Shown here: piece by piece, positions 39,225 through 49,438 of the stretch
Numbering within the stretch: position 1 is the first letter of the stretch
Layout of the letters: each line of letters opens with the position of its first letter
Virus record (IMG/VR): IMGVR_UViG_3300040751_001853
DNA length: 64,000 bases
Source: a virus
Reading direction: 5' to 3' (one strand)
Translations under genes and position numbers: made by a program
Notes under the pieces: generated by a model
What the model saw: the letters and a program-made list of their open reading frames with translations, nothing else
Told to the model about the DNA's origin: nothing
The model's database searches: none

Positions 39225-40784
39225 ATGGCTGAACTGTTTGGGTTTAAGATAGAGCGTTTAAAAGAACCCTCTACCGATCCAAGACAAAATATAGTTCCAC
39301 CTCAAGCGGAAGACGGTACACAAACCGTCCCCGCTGGTGGGTTTTTTGCGTCTTATGGAGGTTTCGATGCTACGGCACGAAACGAATTAGATTTAATAAG
39401 AAGATATAGAGAAGTTGCATTGCATCCAGAGTGTGATCTTGCAATAGAAGATATAGTATCAGAAGCAATCGTATCAAACGAAAATCAACAATCTGTACAA
39501 TTAGATTTAAGTAAAATTGATTATTCAGATTCGATTAAGAAAAGAATTAGAGAGTCTTTTGCTGAGGTGTTGAAATTACTAAATTTCGATATTAAAGGCC
39601 ACGACATCTTTAGAAGATGGTATGTGGATGGTAGATTATACTATCATAAAATTATTGATAAAGACTCACCAAGACTAGGAATTACTGAAGTAAGATATAT
39701 TGATCCTAGAAAAATCAAAAAAATAAGAGAAGTTAGAAAACAAAGAACAGATGGAATGCCATCATCTTTTGCATTTGAAAATAAGTTTTCAGAATATTAT
39801 ATTTTCAATGAAAGAGGAATACATCCAACTGCTACATCTAACGCAGGTGGATTAAGAATAGCAACAGATGCTATTTCTTATTGTCCATCAGGTCTGATAG
39901 ATCAAACACAAAATCAAGTACTATCATATTTACACAAAGCAATTAAACCAGTAAATCAATTAAGAATGATTGAAGACGCTGTTGTTATTTACAGAATTGC
40001 TCGTGCACCTGAAAGAAGAATATTCTACATTGATGTAGGTAATTTACCTAAGATCAAAGCTGAACAATATTTAAGAGATGTTATGGCTAGATATAGAAAC
40101 AAACTTGTGTATGACGCAAGTACAGGTGAAATTAAAGATGATAGAAATCAAATGAGTATGTTAGAAGACTTTTGGTTACCTCGTAGAGAAGGTGGGAGAG
40201 GAACTGAAATTACTACATTACCTGGTGGTCAAAACTTAGGTGAGATACAGGATATAGAATACTTCCAAAAGAAACTATATCGTTCTCTTAATATACCTAT
40301 TAGTAGATTAGAAGGTGGTCAAGGTTTTAATCTTGGTCGAGCTGCAGAAATTAGTAGAGATGAAGTTAAGTTTACTAAATTTGTAGGTCGTTTAAGAAAG
40401 AAATTCTGTATGTTATTCCATGATCTTTTAAAAACTCAATTAATTTTAAAAGGTATCATTGCGCCTGAAGAATGGGATATGATGATGGGAGATATTACAT
40501 ATACTTTCTTACAAGATGGATACTTTGCTGAGTTAAAACACAGCGAAATGATGAGAGAAAGAGTACAATTGGCTCAACAACTAGAAGGGTATGTTGGTAA
40601 ATATTTCTCTAACGAATATATAAGAACCAAAATATTAAAACAAAATGAACAAGAACAAGAAGAAATCGACAAACAAATTGAAGAAGAAGGTGCTGAAGCT
40701 CAGCCCGAAGAAACACCAACCATTACGCCTAACCAAGAAACGAATGGTAGTGAAAAAGAAAAATCAACATTAGGAGATAAATAA
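39225..40784 (+). CDS. gp20: Portal protein
   Basis: RRWYVDGR, YRIARAPERRIFYIDVG and EDFWLPRREGGRGTEI. Confidence 0.97.
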   Translation: MAELFGFKIERLKEPSTDPRQNIVPPQAEDGTQTVPAGGFFASYGGFDATARNELDLIRRYREVALHPECDLAIEDIVSEAIVSNENQQSVQLDLSKIDYSDSIKKRIRESFAEVLKLLNFDIKGHDIFRRWYVDGRLYYHKIIDKDSPRLGITEVRYIDPRKIKKIREVRKQRTDGMPSSFAFENKFSEYYIFNERGIHPTATSNAGGLRIATDAISYCPSGLIDQTQNQVLSYLHKAIKPVNQLRMIEDAVVIYRIARAPERRIFYIDVGNLPKIKAEQYLRDVMARYRNKLVYDASTGEIKDDRNQMSMLEDFWLPRREGGRGTEITTLPGGQNLGEIQDIEYFQKKLYRSLNIPISRLEGGQGFNLGRAAEISRDEVKFTKFVGRLRKKFCMLFHDLLKTQLILKGIIAPEEWDMMMGDITYTFLQDGYFAELKHSEMMRERVQLAQQLEGYVGKYFSNEYIRTKILKQNEQEQEEIDKQIEEEGAEAQPEETPTITPNQETNGSEKEKSTLGDK

Positions 40785-41038
40785 TGAGTAAAGAAAATAT
40801 TAATAAATTTGTTAATTCATTACAGACAGGTGACAATGCTCAAGCAGGAGAAGATTTAAAAAATGCTCTTGCTGATAAAGTTAGTTCTGCCTTAGATGAT
40901 GCTAAAACTGATGTGGCGAGATCAATGTTTACTGGACAAGTTGGTGCTGATGCACCAGAAGCTAATCCTTTTACTGGTAATGACGTTGAAGCTGAAACTC
41001 CTGCACCAGAGGTAGCAAGTGATGAAGTGGCTCAGTAA
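40784..41038 (+). CDS. Prohead core protein (gp67-like position)
   Basis: Small acidic helical protein right after gp20. Confidence 0.55.
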   Translation: MSKENINKFVNSLQTGDNAQAGEDLKNALADKVSSALDDAKTDVARSMFTGQVGADAPEANPFTGNDVEAETPAPEVASDEVAQ

Positions 41039-41276
41039 ATTTATATCAGATAATATTACTGAAGCAAACGATTACAAACGTACTCGACAATACAATAAAC
41101 TTACACCTAAAATGAAGCGTGCTGTAGATATGGTTTTTAGAGCTGCAGACAAAGACGCTGATGTCATTGCAAACTTTGAAAAAAATGTAGATACAGCTGC
41201 AAAACAACATGGTGTAAGCAAACAAGATTTAATGAACTACTTTGATAAAGAAACATTAACAATTTTAAGGAAGTAA
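41019..41276 (+). CDS. Hypothetical head-cluster protein (gp68-like position)
   Basis: Position and composition only. Confidence 0.5.
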   Translation: MMKWLSKFISDNITEANDYKRTRQYNKLTPKMKRAVDMVFRAADKDADVIANFEKNVDTAAKQHGVSKQDLMNYFDKETLTILRK

Positions 41277-41277
41277 T

Positions 41278-42084
41278 ATGGCGTTTACAAATGTTGTAGG
41301 TTCTACAAATTTACTAACAAAAACAGTAGATTTTTCTACTAACTGGCCTATTAGAAGAACCACAAAAACAACTAACGCCGGCACAGCTCCTGACGGAACC
41401 AATACAGCTTTATCTCTTATAGCAGATACTAATAATAATACTCATAGATTGGATAAAAATCCAGCAGGCTTAAGTGTTAATACACAATATACTTTTAGCG
41501 CACACTTAAAGGCGTTTGGTTTAAATCATGCTTCATTAACCATAGGACAAGGTAGTAATGATTTAGTAACTGATGCTACCTGTGTTTATAATTTATCAAC
41601 AGGCGTTGTAGAATCTGAAGGTTCAGATTGTGATGGTTCATCTATTGAAACATTAGAAAATGGATGGTATAGATGTTCTATAACATTAACTATAGGAGGT
41701 TCAATATCAGTTAATGCTGTTTTAATAGGAATAATGTCAGACGCAACTACAACATCTTTTGTAGGTAATGATACAGACGGCATTTTAGTATGGGGACCTC
41801 AATTAGAAGAAGGTGCAAATGAATCGCAATACTTAGCAAATGATACATCTTCAACAGTTTCAAATGCAGGTTCAGACGGTATCTGGGAATTTGATGACGC
41901 AGCTACAATTAGTGATACTTATCCAGATTCAACCGATGGCGCTAATTCAACAATTGCTGGTGGCGTTAGAAGTTATAAAACACCAAGTGGTAGAATACAA
42001 AAAGTTTATATTAGAACTAGAAAAGCTGGTGAAACTAAAGAAAGCGGAGAACTATCTAAAGACTATTACGATTTACAAAATTAG
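41278..42084 (+). CDS. Putative head decoration protein with a carbohydrate-binding-like domain
   Basis: APDGTNTA...YTFSAHLK...ENGWYRCSIT...VWGPQLEEG beta-sandwich motif set. Confidence 0.55.
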   Translation: MAFTNVVGSTNLLTKTVDFSTNWPIRRTTKTTNAGTAPDGTNTALSLIADTNNNTHRLDKNPAGLSVNTQYTFSAHLKAFGLNHASLTIGQGSNDLVTDATCVYNLSTGVVESEGSDCDGSSIETLENGWYRCSITLTIGGSISVNAVLIGIMSDATTTSFVGNDTDGILVWGPQLEEGANESQYLANDTSSTVSNAGSDGIWEFDDAATISDTYPDSTDGANSTIAGGVRSYKTPSGRIQKVYIRTRKAGETKESGELSKDYYDLQN

Positions 42085-42092
42085 GAGATAAT

Positions 42093-42485
42093 ATGGCAGA
42101 CACAGTATCAACACAAGTATTAACAGACACAACAGGCGTAAAATACGCTGTTAAAATGACTAACTATTCTGATGGTACAGGAGAGAATTTAGTTAAAAAA
42201 ATAGACGCTTCAAATACAACCTTTATGACTACTGATGGAAATAGAAAAATATCTAAAATATTTTGGTCAGTAAATACAGCAAACGCAAAATCAGCTGTAG
42301 AGATAGTTTGGGAGGGTGCAACAAATGCTACCGCAGTTTCTTTATCAGGTCAAGGTTTTTGGGACCTAAGGGCAGATGGAAACGAGATTCTAAACAATGC
42401 AACAACACCTACAGGTGATGTTTTATTATCTACAAAGAATTTTGCAAATGGTGATAATTATACAATTTTAGTGGTTTTCAGATAA
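42093..42485 (+). CDS. Conserved hypothetical structural protein of marine T4-like phages
   Basis: GGAG RBS; MADTVSTQ...DGTGE...PTGDVLLST; usual position before gp21. Confidence 0.6.
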   Translation: MADTVSTQVLTDTTGVKYAVKMTNYSDGTGENLVKKIDASNTTFMTTDGNRKISKIFWSVNTANAKSAVEIVWEGATNATAVSLSGQGFWDLRADGNEILNNATTPTGDVLLSTKNFANGDNYTILVVFR

Positions 42486-42492
42486 CAATTTG

Positions 42493-42500
42493 TATAAATA
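42493..42500 (+). promoter_or_regulatory. T4 late promoter TATAAATA
   Basis: Exact consensus upstream of gp21. Confidence 0.75.
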
Positions 42501-42527
42501 TTAGAGAGAAATTAGAGATAGATACAA

Positions 42528-43175
42528 ATGAAGTTAATTACCGAAGAAATATCAAACGCAGAATATATTGTTGAAGAAGCTGGCAATGGAAAGAAAAACT
42601 ATTCCATTAAAGGTGTATTCATGCAATCTGATGTGAAAAATAGAAATGGAAGAATCTATCCTAAAGAAATACTACAAAAAGAAGTATTACGATATAATAG
42701 AGAGTTCATAGAAAAGAAAAGAGCATTTGGTGAACTAGGTCATCCAGACGGACCAACCGTTAACCTAGAAAGAGTTTCGCATATGATTAATGCTCTATAT
42801 CCAGAAGGCAGTAATTTTATAGGTGAAGCACGAGTACTCGATACCCCATATGGAAAAATAGTGAAAAGTTTAATTGATGAGGGTGCAAGACTTGGAGTTT
42901 CAAGTAGAGGAATGGGTACACTTGCAAATGTAGGTGGTGCCAATGTAGTCAAAGACGATTTTTACCTTGCAACCGCAGCTGATATAGTTGCAGACCCTAG
43001 CGCTCCAGACGCTTTCGTAGAAGGCATTATGGAAGGCAAAGAGTGGGTTTGGGATAATGGGATTTTGAAAGAAGCAGAGGTTAGAGAATTAAAGTTACAA
43101 GCAGAGAGTAAAGAGAGAATTGCTAGAGCAGAGAAAAATGCTAAAGTGTTTGAATCTTTTCTTAAAAGACTGTAA
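42528..43175 (+). CDS. gp21: Prohead protease
   Basis: KNRNGRIYP, GELGHP, GVSSRGMG and DIVADPSAPDAFV. Confidence 0.97.
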   Translation: MKLITEEISNAEYIVEEAGNGKKNYSIKGVFMQSDVKNRNGRIYPKEILQKEVLRYNREFIEKKRAFGELGHPDGPTVNLERVSHMINALYPEGSNFIGEARVLDTPYGKIVKSLIDEGARLGVSSRGMGTLANVGGANVVKDDFYLATAADIVADPSAPDAFVEGIMEGKEWVWDNGILKEAEVRELKLQAESKERIARAEKNAKVFESFLKRL

Positions 43176-43178
43176 TTT

Positions 43179-43186
43179 TATAAATA
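43179..43186 (+). promoter_or_regulatory. T4 late promoter TATAAATA
   Basis: Exact consensus upstream of gp22/gp23. Confidence 0.75.
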
Positions 43187-43264
43187 GTAATTGACACTTT
43201 CCTAATGGGTTGGTGTATTTATTGCAATAATTAACAACTAAAAAACTATTGAGGAGATAGAACA

Positions 43265-44593
43265 ATGGCTGACAATACTGTGGCAAATTTGCCAACTAAA
43301 AACGCCGCTCCAGCTGAACCAGCAAAGTCGTTACAGGCAACTGTACAACAAGTGATGACTAAAGCAATCACTTCACCGACTGACGCAAAAGTAGATTTCG
43401 CACAAGGGGTTAATCACATTACTGGTGACCCACAACAAAAAAGTGCAGGTCCAGCTGACGCAATGCCTACTCTCTCTGCTGAGAAAGAGCCTAAAAAAGA
43501 TATTCAGGCTGCTTACGAAGCTGATGAGAAAAAAGACGAAAAAGAAAAAGAAGACATGAAAGAAGCAGAATACGCTGACAAAAAAGATGATGAGAAAAAA
43601 GATGTGAAAGAAGGCGAAATGCCTGCTGGTCTTAAAAAGTACTTAGACAAAAAGAATGATAAAGAAGATGAAAAGTCTGAAGAAAAAGAAGACGATAAGA
43701 AAAAAGATATGAAAGAAGCTGAAGACAAAGAAGACAAGAAAAAAGACGAAAAAGAAATGTCTGAAGCGGAAGACAAGGAAGACAAGAAAGAAAAAGAAGT
43801 TTCTGAATCTGAAGATAAAGAAAAAGAAATGAAAAAAGAAACAGCTAAAGATAAAGTTAAAGACATGGACATGAAAGAAGATGTAAATGCTCTAACTGAC
43901 GGTGAAGACCTTTCTGAGGAATTCAAAGCAAAAGCTGCTACAATTTTCGAGTCTGCTGTTAAAGCAAAACTTGTCGAAGAAATTGAGAAATTAGAAAGCG
44001 AATACGAAACTAAAGTTGACGAAAAAGTTTCTGAAGTTAAAGAAGAAATCGTTGACAAAGTTGACGCTTATCTAAACTATGTTGTCGAGGAGTGGATGAA
44101 AGAAAACGAATTGGCAATAGAAAAAGGCTTAAGAAATGAGATTACTGAAGATTTTATCGGTGGTCTTAAATCTTTATTTGAGTCTCACTACATTAATGTT
44201 CCACAAGAGAAGTATGATGTAATTGAGAATCAAGCTGCTGAGATAGAAAAGTTAAAAGAAGAAGTTAACAAAACTATCGAAAAGAACGTTGAGTTAAATT
44301 CAAAACTTGCAGAATCTACAAGAGAAGAAGTTATAAATGATGTATCATCTGATCTTGTTGCAACTGAAGTTGAGAAACTTAAAGGTTTAGCAGAGAGTAT
44401 TGAATATAAAGACGCTGACAGTTTTAGAAAAAGTGTAGAAACTTTAAAAAATTCTTACTTCCCTAAAGCAAAAGCGAGTGATAACGAATCTAATGAAGTA
44501 GCAGAAAACAATGCTGGTTTAGACTTGTCTGAATCAATGGCTGCATATACTGCTGCAATTAGTAAAACAAAGAAAAATCCTTACTTAAAGTAA
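43265..44593 (+). CDS. gp22: Prohead core scaffold protein
   Basis: LSEEFKAKAATIFESAV, VDAYLNYVVEEWMKENELAIE and LKNSYF; contains a long K/E/D repeat tract. Confidence 0.92.
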   Translation: MADNTVANLPTKNAAPAEPAKSLQATVQQVMTKAITSPTDAKVDFAQGVNHITGDPQQKSAGPADAMPTLSAEKEPKKDIQAAYEADEKKDEKEKEDMKEAEYADKKDDEKKDVKEGEMPAGLKKYLDKKNDKEDEKSEEKEDDKKKDMKEAEDKEDKKKDEKEMSEAEDKEDKKEKEVSESEDKEKEMKKETAKDKVKDMDMKEDVNALTDGEDLSEEFKAKAATIFESAVKAKLVEEIEKLESEYETKVDEKVSEVKEEIVDKVDAYLNYVVEEWMKENELAIEKGLRNEITEDFIGGLKSLFESHYINVPQEKYDVIENQAAEIEKLKEEVNKTIEKNVELNSKLAESTREEVINDVSSDLVATEVEKLKGLAESIEYKDADSFRKSVETLKNSYFPKAKASDNESNEVAENNAGLDLSESMAAYTAAISKTKKNPYLK

Positions 44594-44630
44594 GGGTTAG
44601 TTAACTAACTAAAGAAGGAGAGATAGAAAA

Positions 44631-45962
44631 ATGTTTTTATCTGAATCAATACAACAAAAGTGGCAGCCCGTTTTAGAACATCCTGATCTTCCAAAGATCG
44701 AGGGTGCTTATAAAAGAGCCGTTACTTCAATGGTATTGGAGAACCAAGAAAAAGCGTTAAGAGAAGATGCTGCTTTCTTATCAGAAGCTGCGCCTACTAA
44801 CGCAACTGGTGCTTCAATCCAAAACTGGAATCCTATTTTAATTAGCTTAGTAAGAAGATCAATGCCTAACCTTATCGCTTACGATATTGCAGGCGTTCAA
44901 CCAATGTCAGGCCCTACAGGTTTGATATTTGCTATGAGAAGCAGATATGCATCTCAAACTGGTGGTGAAGCTCTTTTTGACGAAGCTGATACAGACTTCA
45001 GTGGTAGAAATGCTGCTGGTTCATCTGTTGCAAATAAAACAGGAGTAGCACAAGACGGAACTAACCCAGCTGTACTTAACGACACACCTGCTGGTGCATA
45101 CACAAGTGGATCAGGAATGACTACTGACTATGCAGAAGCAATGGGTGATACCGCTGCTAATGCGTTTGCTGAAATGGCATTCTCAATTGAGAAATCAACT
45201 GTGACTGCTAAATCAAGAGCGCTAAAAGCCGAGTACACTATGGAGTTAGCACAAGACCTTAAAGCAATCCACGGCCTAGATGCTGAAACTGAATTATCAA
45301 ACATCTTATCTGCTGAAATCCTTGCGGAAATCAATAGAGAAGTTGTAAGATCAGTTTACATTGGTGCTGAAAAAGGTGCTCAAACTAATACAACAACTAC
45401 AGGTATTTTTGACCTAGATACAGACTCAAACGGAAGATGGTCTGTTGAAAGATTTAAAGGCCTAATGTTCCAATTAGAGAGAGATGCTAACGTTATCGCA
45501 CAAAGAACAAGAAGAGGAAAAGGTAACATGATTATCTGTTCATCTGATGTTGCTAGTGCTTTACAAATGGCTGGTGTATTAGACTATACTCCTGCGTTAA
45601 ACAACAACTTAAATGTTGATGACACAGGAAACACTTTTGCTGGTGTATTAAATGGTAAATATAAAGTTTATATTGATCCATATAGTGCAAACTCAAGTGC
45701 TAGTCAATACTTTGTAGTAGGTTACAAAGGTACTTCACCATATGATGCTGGTATATTCTACTGCCCATATGTACCTCTACAAATGGTAAGAGCAGTTGGC
45801 CAAGACACATTCCAACCAAAAATTGGATTCAAAACTAGATATGGTCTAGTAGCGAACCCATTTGCTGGTGCTGGTGCGTCTGACGCTATTACTGCTGACG
45901 GTTTAACAACTGCTAATGCAAACAGATATTACAGAAAAGTTAAAATTTCTAACTTAATGTAA
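44631..45962 (+). CDS. gp23: Major capsid protein
   Basis: LVRRSMPNLIAYDIAGVQPMSGPTGLIFAMR, SRALKAEYT and FQPKIGFKTRYG. Confidence 0.98.
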   Translation: MFLSESIQQKWQPVLEHPDLPKIEGAYKRAVTSMVLENQEKALREDAAFLSEAAPTNATGASIQNWNPILISLVRRSMPNLIAYDIAGVQPMSGPTGLIFAMRSRYASQTGGEALFDEADTDFSGRNAAGSSVANKTGVAQDGTNPAVLNDTPAGAYTSGSGMTTDYAEAMGDTAANAFAEMAFSIEKSTVTAKSRALKAEYTMELAQDLKAIHGLDAETELSNILSAEILAEINREVVRSVYIGAEKGAQTNTTTTGIFDLDTDSNGRWSVERFKGLMFQLERDANVIAQRTRRGKGNMIICSSDVASALQMAGVLDYTPALNNNLNVDDTGNTFAGVLNGKYKVYIDPYSANSSASQYFVVGYKGTSPYDAGIFYCPYVPLQMVRAVGQDTFQPKIGFKTRYGLVANPFAGAGASDAITADGLTTANANRYYRKVKISNLM

Positions 45963-45982
45963 TACTTGTTACAAACAAATTT

Positions 45983-46016
45983 AAAAGGGCGGCCCTAAAA
46001 AGTCGCCCTTTTTTTT
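45983..46016 (+). terminator. Rho-independent terminator after gp23
   Basis: AAAAGGGCGGC-loop-GTCGCCC followed by a long T run. Confidence 0.85.
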
Positions 46017-46036
46017 AGCATAAATAAAAGTAGATT

Positions 46037-46318
46037 ATGTTTTATAGTGAAAGAATAACAATTTATAAAGAAATACCTATGTGGAAAAGAACACCATTTA
46101 AAGAAATTTTAGGAGTACTAGCTGTAATTTTGCTTATGACACTTGTTGCACAAGGGTTAAAGTATCTTAATCCTAAACCAAATGTATTAGAGGAATTAGA
46201 AGAAAAGATTAAAAAAGTAGAACAAAAAGAGATTGTTTTAACTGAACCTGAAAAACAACTAGAAAAACAAGCTACTGAAAAAGAGTGGCAAGAAGTAGAT
46301 AAACAAACAGATAAATAG
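46037..46318 (+). CDS. Hypothetical single-pass membrane / coiled-coil protein
   Basis: ILGVLAVILLMTLVA hydrophobic segment; CATAAATA at 46019-46026. Confidence 0.6.
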   Translation: MFYSERITIYKEIPMWKRTPFKEILGVLAVILLMTLVAQGLKYLNPKPNVLEELEEKIKKVEQKEIVLTEPEKQLEKQATEKEWQEVDKQTDK

Positions 46319-46322
46319 TAGT

Positions 46323-46949
46323 ATGACTACTACAAACTCATACAATAGACAACCTACTAAATTGGACTATGCAAGTCCTACACAGTTTAAGTTTAGTTTG
46401 ATTAAGTTGCCAAAAGTTGAATACTTTTGTACAGCTGCAAATATTCCTGGTATCACTTTAGGTACTTCAAATTTAGCTACACCCTTTAAAGATGTACCAA
46501 TGCCTGGTGACAAACTAGACTATGATACATTAAATATTTCTTTTTTAGTAGATGAAAATTTAGAAAACTATAGAGAAATACATGGATGGATGACAGGTCT
46601 TGGATTTCCAAAAGACTATTCACAATTTAGAACATTACAATCTGCTGGAACAGATAGATATCCAACAACAACAAATGAAACTTATTCAAGTGAAATAGGA
46701 GTGACTTCTAAAAATACTCCTGATGATGGTGGTCTATATTCTGATGCTACACTATTTGTATTAACAAGTAAAAATAACTCAAACATAGAAATAAGATTTA
46801 GAGATGTTTATCCAATATCACTATCTGGATTAGATTATAATCAACAAGCTACAGATGTAGATTACTTAACAGCTAGTGTTACATTTCAATATAAAATATA
46901 TGAGTTTGCAAATATTAGTGCTACAGGTACTTTAGAAACTACAACATAA
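46323..46949 (+). CDS. gp3: Tail completion and sheath stabiliser protein
   Basis: PTQFKF...YFCTAANIPGI...PGDKLDYDTLNISFLVDENLENY; GATAAATA 5 nt before the ATG. Confidence 0.88.
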   Translation: MTTTNSYNRQPTKLDYASPTQFKFSLIKLPKVEYFCTAANIPGITLGTSNLATPFKDVPMPGDKLDYDTLNISFLVDENLENYREIHGWMTGLGFPKDYSQFRTLQSAGTDRYPTTTNETYSSEIGVTSKNTPDDGGLYSDATLFVLTSKNNSNIEIRFRDVYPISLSGLDYNQQATDVDYLTASVTFQYKIYEFANISATGTLETTT

Positions 46950-46953
46950 ACCA

Positions 46954-46982
46954 TTGACTAAATAGTCAATAACTGATATAAT
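46954..46982 (+). promoter_or_regulatory. Sigma70-type promoter for uvsY-uvsW
   Basis: TTGACT-N17-TATAAT with an extended -10 TG. Confidence 0.8.
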
Positions 46983-46991
46983 GGAGATATT

Positions 46992-47420
46992 ATGACCTTT
47001 GATGAATTGCAGGCATTAGCCGAAAAAGACCTAAAATTAAATGATACTGAACTCGATTTAGAATCATTAAAAACACCACAACTACACAACAAATATTGTA
47101 AATTTCATAATCAATATGTCAATATACTAAAAAAGGCTGAACAAGATAGAGATAAATTGTTACGGGATAAATGGGAGTACTATACTGGTAAAGCAGACCC
47201 ATCGGTCTACCAAGAAAAACCTTTCAACATAAAGTTACTTAAACCAGATGTTGAAAAGTATATCAAGTCAGATGACGATTTAATTAAGTTGGAACAAAAA
47301 GTAACTTACGTACAAAGTGTGGTTGATTATCTGGATAAAACTATTCGTATTATTACAAATCGTACATTTCAAATCAAAAACGCTATAGATTGGAAGAAAT
47401 TTACTTCTGGTATTATTTAA
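46992..47420 (+). CDS. uvsY: Recombination mediator UvsY
   Basis: ESLKTPQLHNKY, WEYYTGKA and RTFQIKNAIDW. Confidence 0.92.
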   Translation: MTFDELQALAEKDLKLNDTELDLESLKTPQLHNKYCKFHNQYVNILKKAEQDRDKLLRDKWEYYTGKADPSVYQEKPFNIKLLKPDVEKYIKSDDDLIKLEQKVTYVQSVVDYLDKTIRIITNRTFQIKNAIDWKKFTSGII

Positions 47421-47421
47421 A

Positions 47422-47973
47422 ATGTTTACTACTGAACCATACAAGGTTTATCAGTCCGTTATTTCAAAGAGTGATTGTAATAAAATAATTACAATAGGAG
47501 AACAACAAAAATTAGATAATGCCAAAATACAAGAAGGAAATCAAAATAATCGAAAGTCAATTATATCTTGGATAAAAGATAAGAGTATTGAAGATATAGT
47601 ATCAAATACGATTGAAGGTTGTAATAAAGTTTGGAACTACAAACTAACAGAATATGAGCCATTTCAATATACGGTTTATAAAGAAGATGACTTTTACGAT
47701 TGGCATATTGATACACATAATAAACCATACTCAAATGGTCTTATACGAAAATTAAGTTTTACGTTGTTACTAAATGATGAATATACAGGTGGAGAGTTTG
47801 AAATATGTACGCCTAATCCTAAACAAGGACAAAACAAACACATAAAATTAAACAATAATCAAATAGGAACTATGATAGTTTTTCCAAGTTTCATTTGGCA
47901 CAAAGTCAACCCTATTATCAAAGGAATAAGAAAGTCTTTGGTTGGTTGGATTGTAGGTAAGCCTTTTAGTTAA
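47422..47973 (+). CDS. PKHD/prolyl-hydroxylase-like 2OG-Fe(II) oxygenase
   Basis: FYDWHID, RKLSFTLLL, YTGGEF, FPSFIWHKV and RKSLVGW. Confidence 0.88.
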   Translation: MFTTEPYKVYQSVISKSDCNKIITIGEQQKLDNAKIQEGNQNNRKSIISWIKDKSIEDIVSNTIEGCNKVWNYKLTEYEPFQYTVYKEDDFYDWHIDTHNKPYSNGLIRKLSFTLLLNDEYTGGEFEICTPNPKQGQNKHIKLNNNQIGTMIVFPSFIWHKVNPIIKGIRKSLVGWIVGKPFS

Positions 47974-47974
47974 T

Positions 47975-49438
47975 ATGCAAAATATAATAGTAGATAAAAT
48001 AAATGACGTATATATTCGTATAGATGCTGACGCCTCTATTCGTAGAGAACTTTCTGATTACTTCTCGTTTGAAGTTCCTGGTTATAAGTTTACACCACAG
48101 TTTCGTAATAGAGTCTGGGATGGTAAAATAAGATTATATTCATATGCTACAGGTCAAATGTATGTAGGACTGTACCCATATTTAAAAGATTGGTGTAAAA
48201 AGAAAGATGTTCATATAGTTGAATCTAGTGATATTTTAACACGTAGCAACGTCTCAGCCGCCGATATAGAGGGTATGATTGAGGAGTATGATCTGTCTAT
48301 CAAACCTAGAGATTATCAAATAGAAGCATATAAATTTGCTTTAGAGTGTGAACGAGGGTTGATTTTATCACCCACTGCCTCTGGTAAATCACTTATTATA
48401 TACATGCTGGTTAGACACTATATGAATATGATAAACAACAAGATATTAATTATTGTTCCTACAACATCACTAGTAGAGCAATTATATAAAGATTTTAAAG
48501 ATTATGGTTTTGATTCAGAAACAAATGTTAGTAGAAAATATCACGGTTATGATATTGATGATGATAAACGTATAGTTATATCTACGTGGCAATCATTATA
48601 CAAAATGCCTAAAAAGTTTTTTGAAGACTATGGTGCAGTTATAGGTGATGAAGCTCACCTGTTCAAGGCCGTATCATTAACAAAGATAATGACTAAACTA
48701 ACAGATTGTAAATATCGAATAGGTCTTACAGGAACACTGGATGATAGTAAAACTAATAAGTTAGTATTGACAGGACTATTTGGTATAGTTAATAGAGTGG
48801 TATCAACAAAACAATTAATAGATAAAAAACAACTAGCAAATTTAAAAGTAGTTTGTTTGAATTTAAAATATCCAGAAGAAGAATCTAAAAAGGTTTACGG
48901 TGTAAAGTACTTTGAAGAATTGGAATATCTCACTCAAAATAAAGCTCGTAATAAATACATACGAAATCTAACCCTGGCACTAAACGGCAATACTTTGTGT
49001 TTGTTTCAATTAGTAGAAAAACATGGTGAAATTTTATATAATATAATTAAAGAAAAATCAGACCCTAAACGAAAAGTGTTTTTTGTTTATGGTGGAACAG
49101 AAACAGATGATAGAGAAAAAATTAGAGCCATTACAGAAAAGTCGGACAACGCAATTATTGTCGCTTCTTTCGGGACGTTCAGCACTGGTATCAATATTCG
49201 TAATTTACACAACATTATTTTTAGTAGCCCTAGTAAAAGCCCTATAAGAGTATTACAAAGTATTGGCCGTGGCCTAAGAGTTGGTGATAAAAAACAGTCT
49301 GCTACAGTCTATGATATTTCAGACGACCTAACATATAAAGATAAAAAAAACTTTACCTTAACTCATTTTCAGGAAAGAGTGAATATCTATAATAGAGAAA
49401 ACTTTAACTATGAAATACATACGGTAGATTTAAAATGA
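47975..49438 (+). CDS. uvsW: DNA helicase UvsW
   Basis: WDGKIRL, PTASGKS, GDEAH, GLTGT and QSIGRGLR. Confidence 0.96.
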   Translation: MQNIIVDKINDVYIRIDADASIRRELSDYFSFEVPGYKFTPQFRNRVWDGKIRLYSYATGQMYVGLYPYLKDWCKKKDVHIVESSDILTRSNVSAADIEGMIEEYDLSIKPRDYQIEAYKFALECERGLILSPTASGKSLIIYMLVRHYMNMINNKILIIVPTTSLVEQLYKDFKDYGFDSETNVSRKYHGYDIDDDKRIVISTWQSLYKMPKKFFEDYGAVIGDEAHLFKAVSLTKIMTKLTDCKYRIGLTGTLDDSKTNKLVLTGLFGIVNRVVSTKQLIDKKQLANLKVVCLNLKYPEEESKKVYGVKYFEELEYLTQNKARNKYIRNLTLALNGNTLCLFQLVEKHGEILYNIIKEKSDPKRKVFFVYGGTETDDREKIRAITEKSDNAIIVASFGTFSTGINIRNLHNIIFSSPSKSPIRVLQSIGRGLRVGDKKQSATVYDISDDLTYKDKKNFTLTHFQERVNIYNRENFNYEIHTVDLK

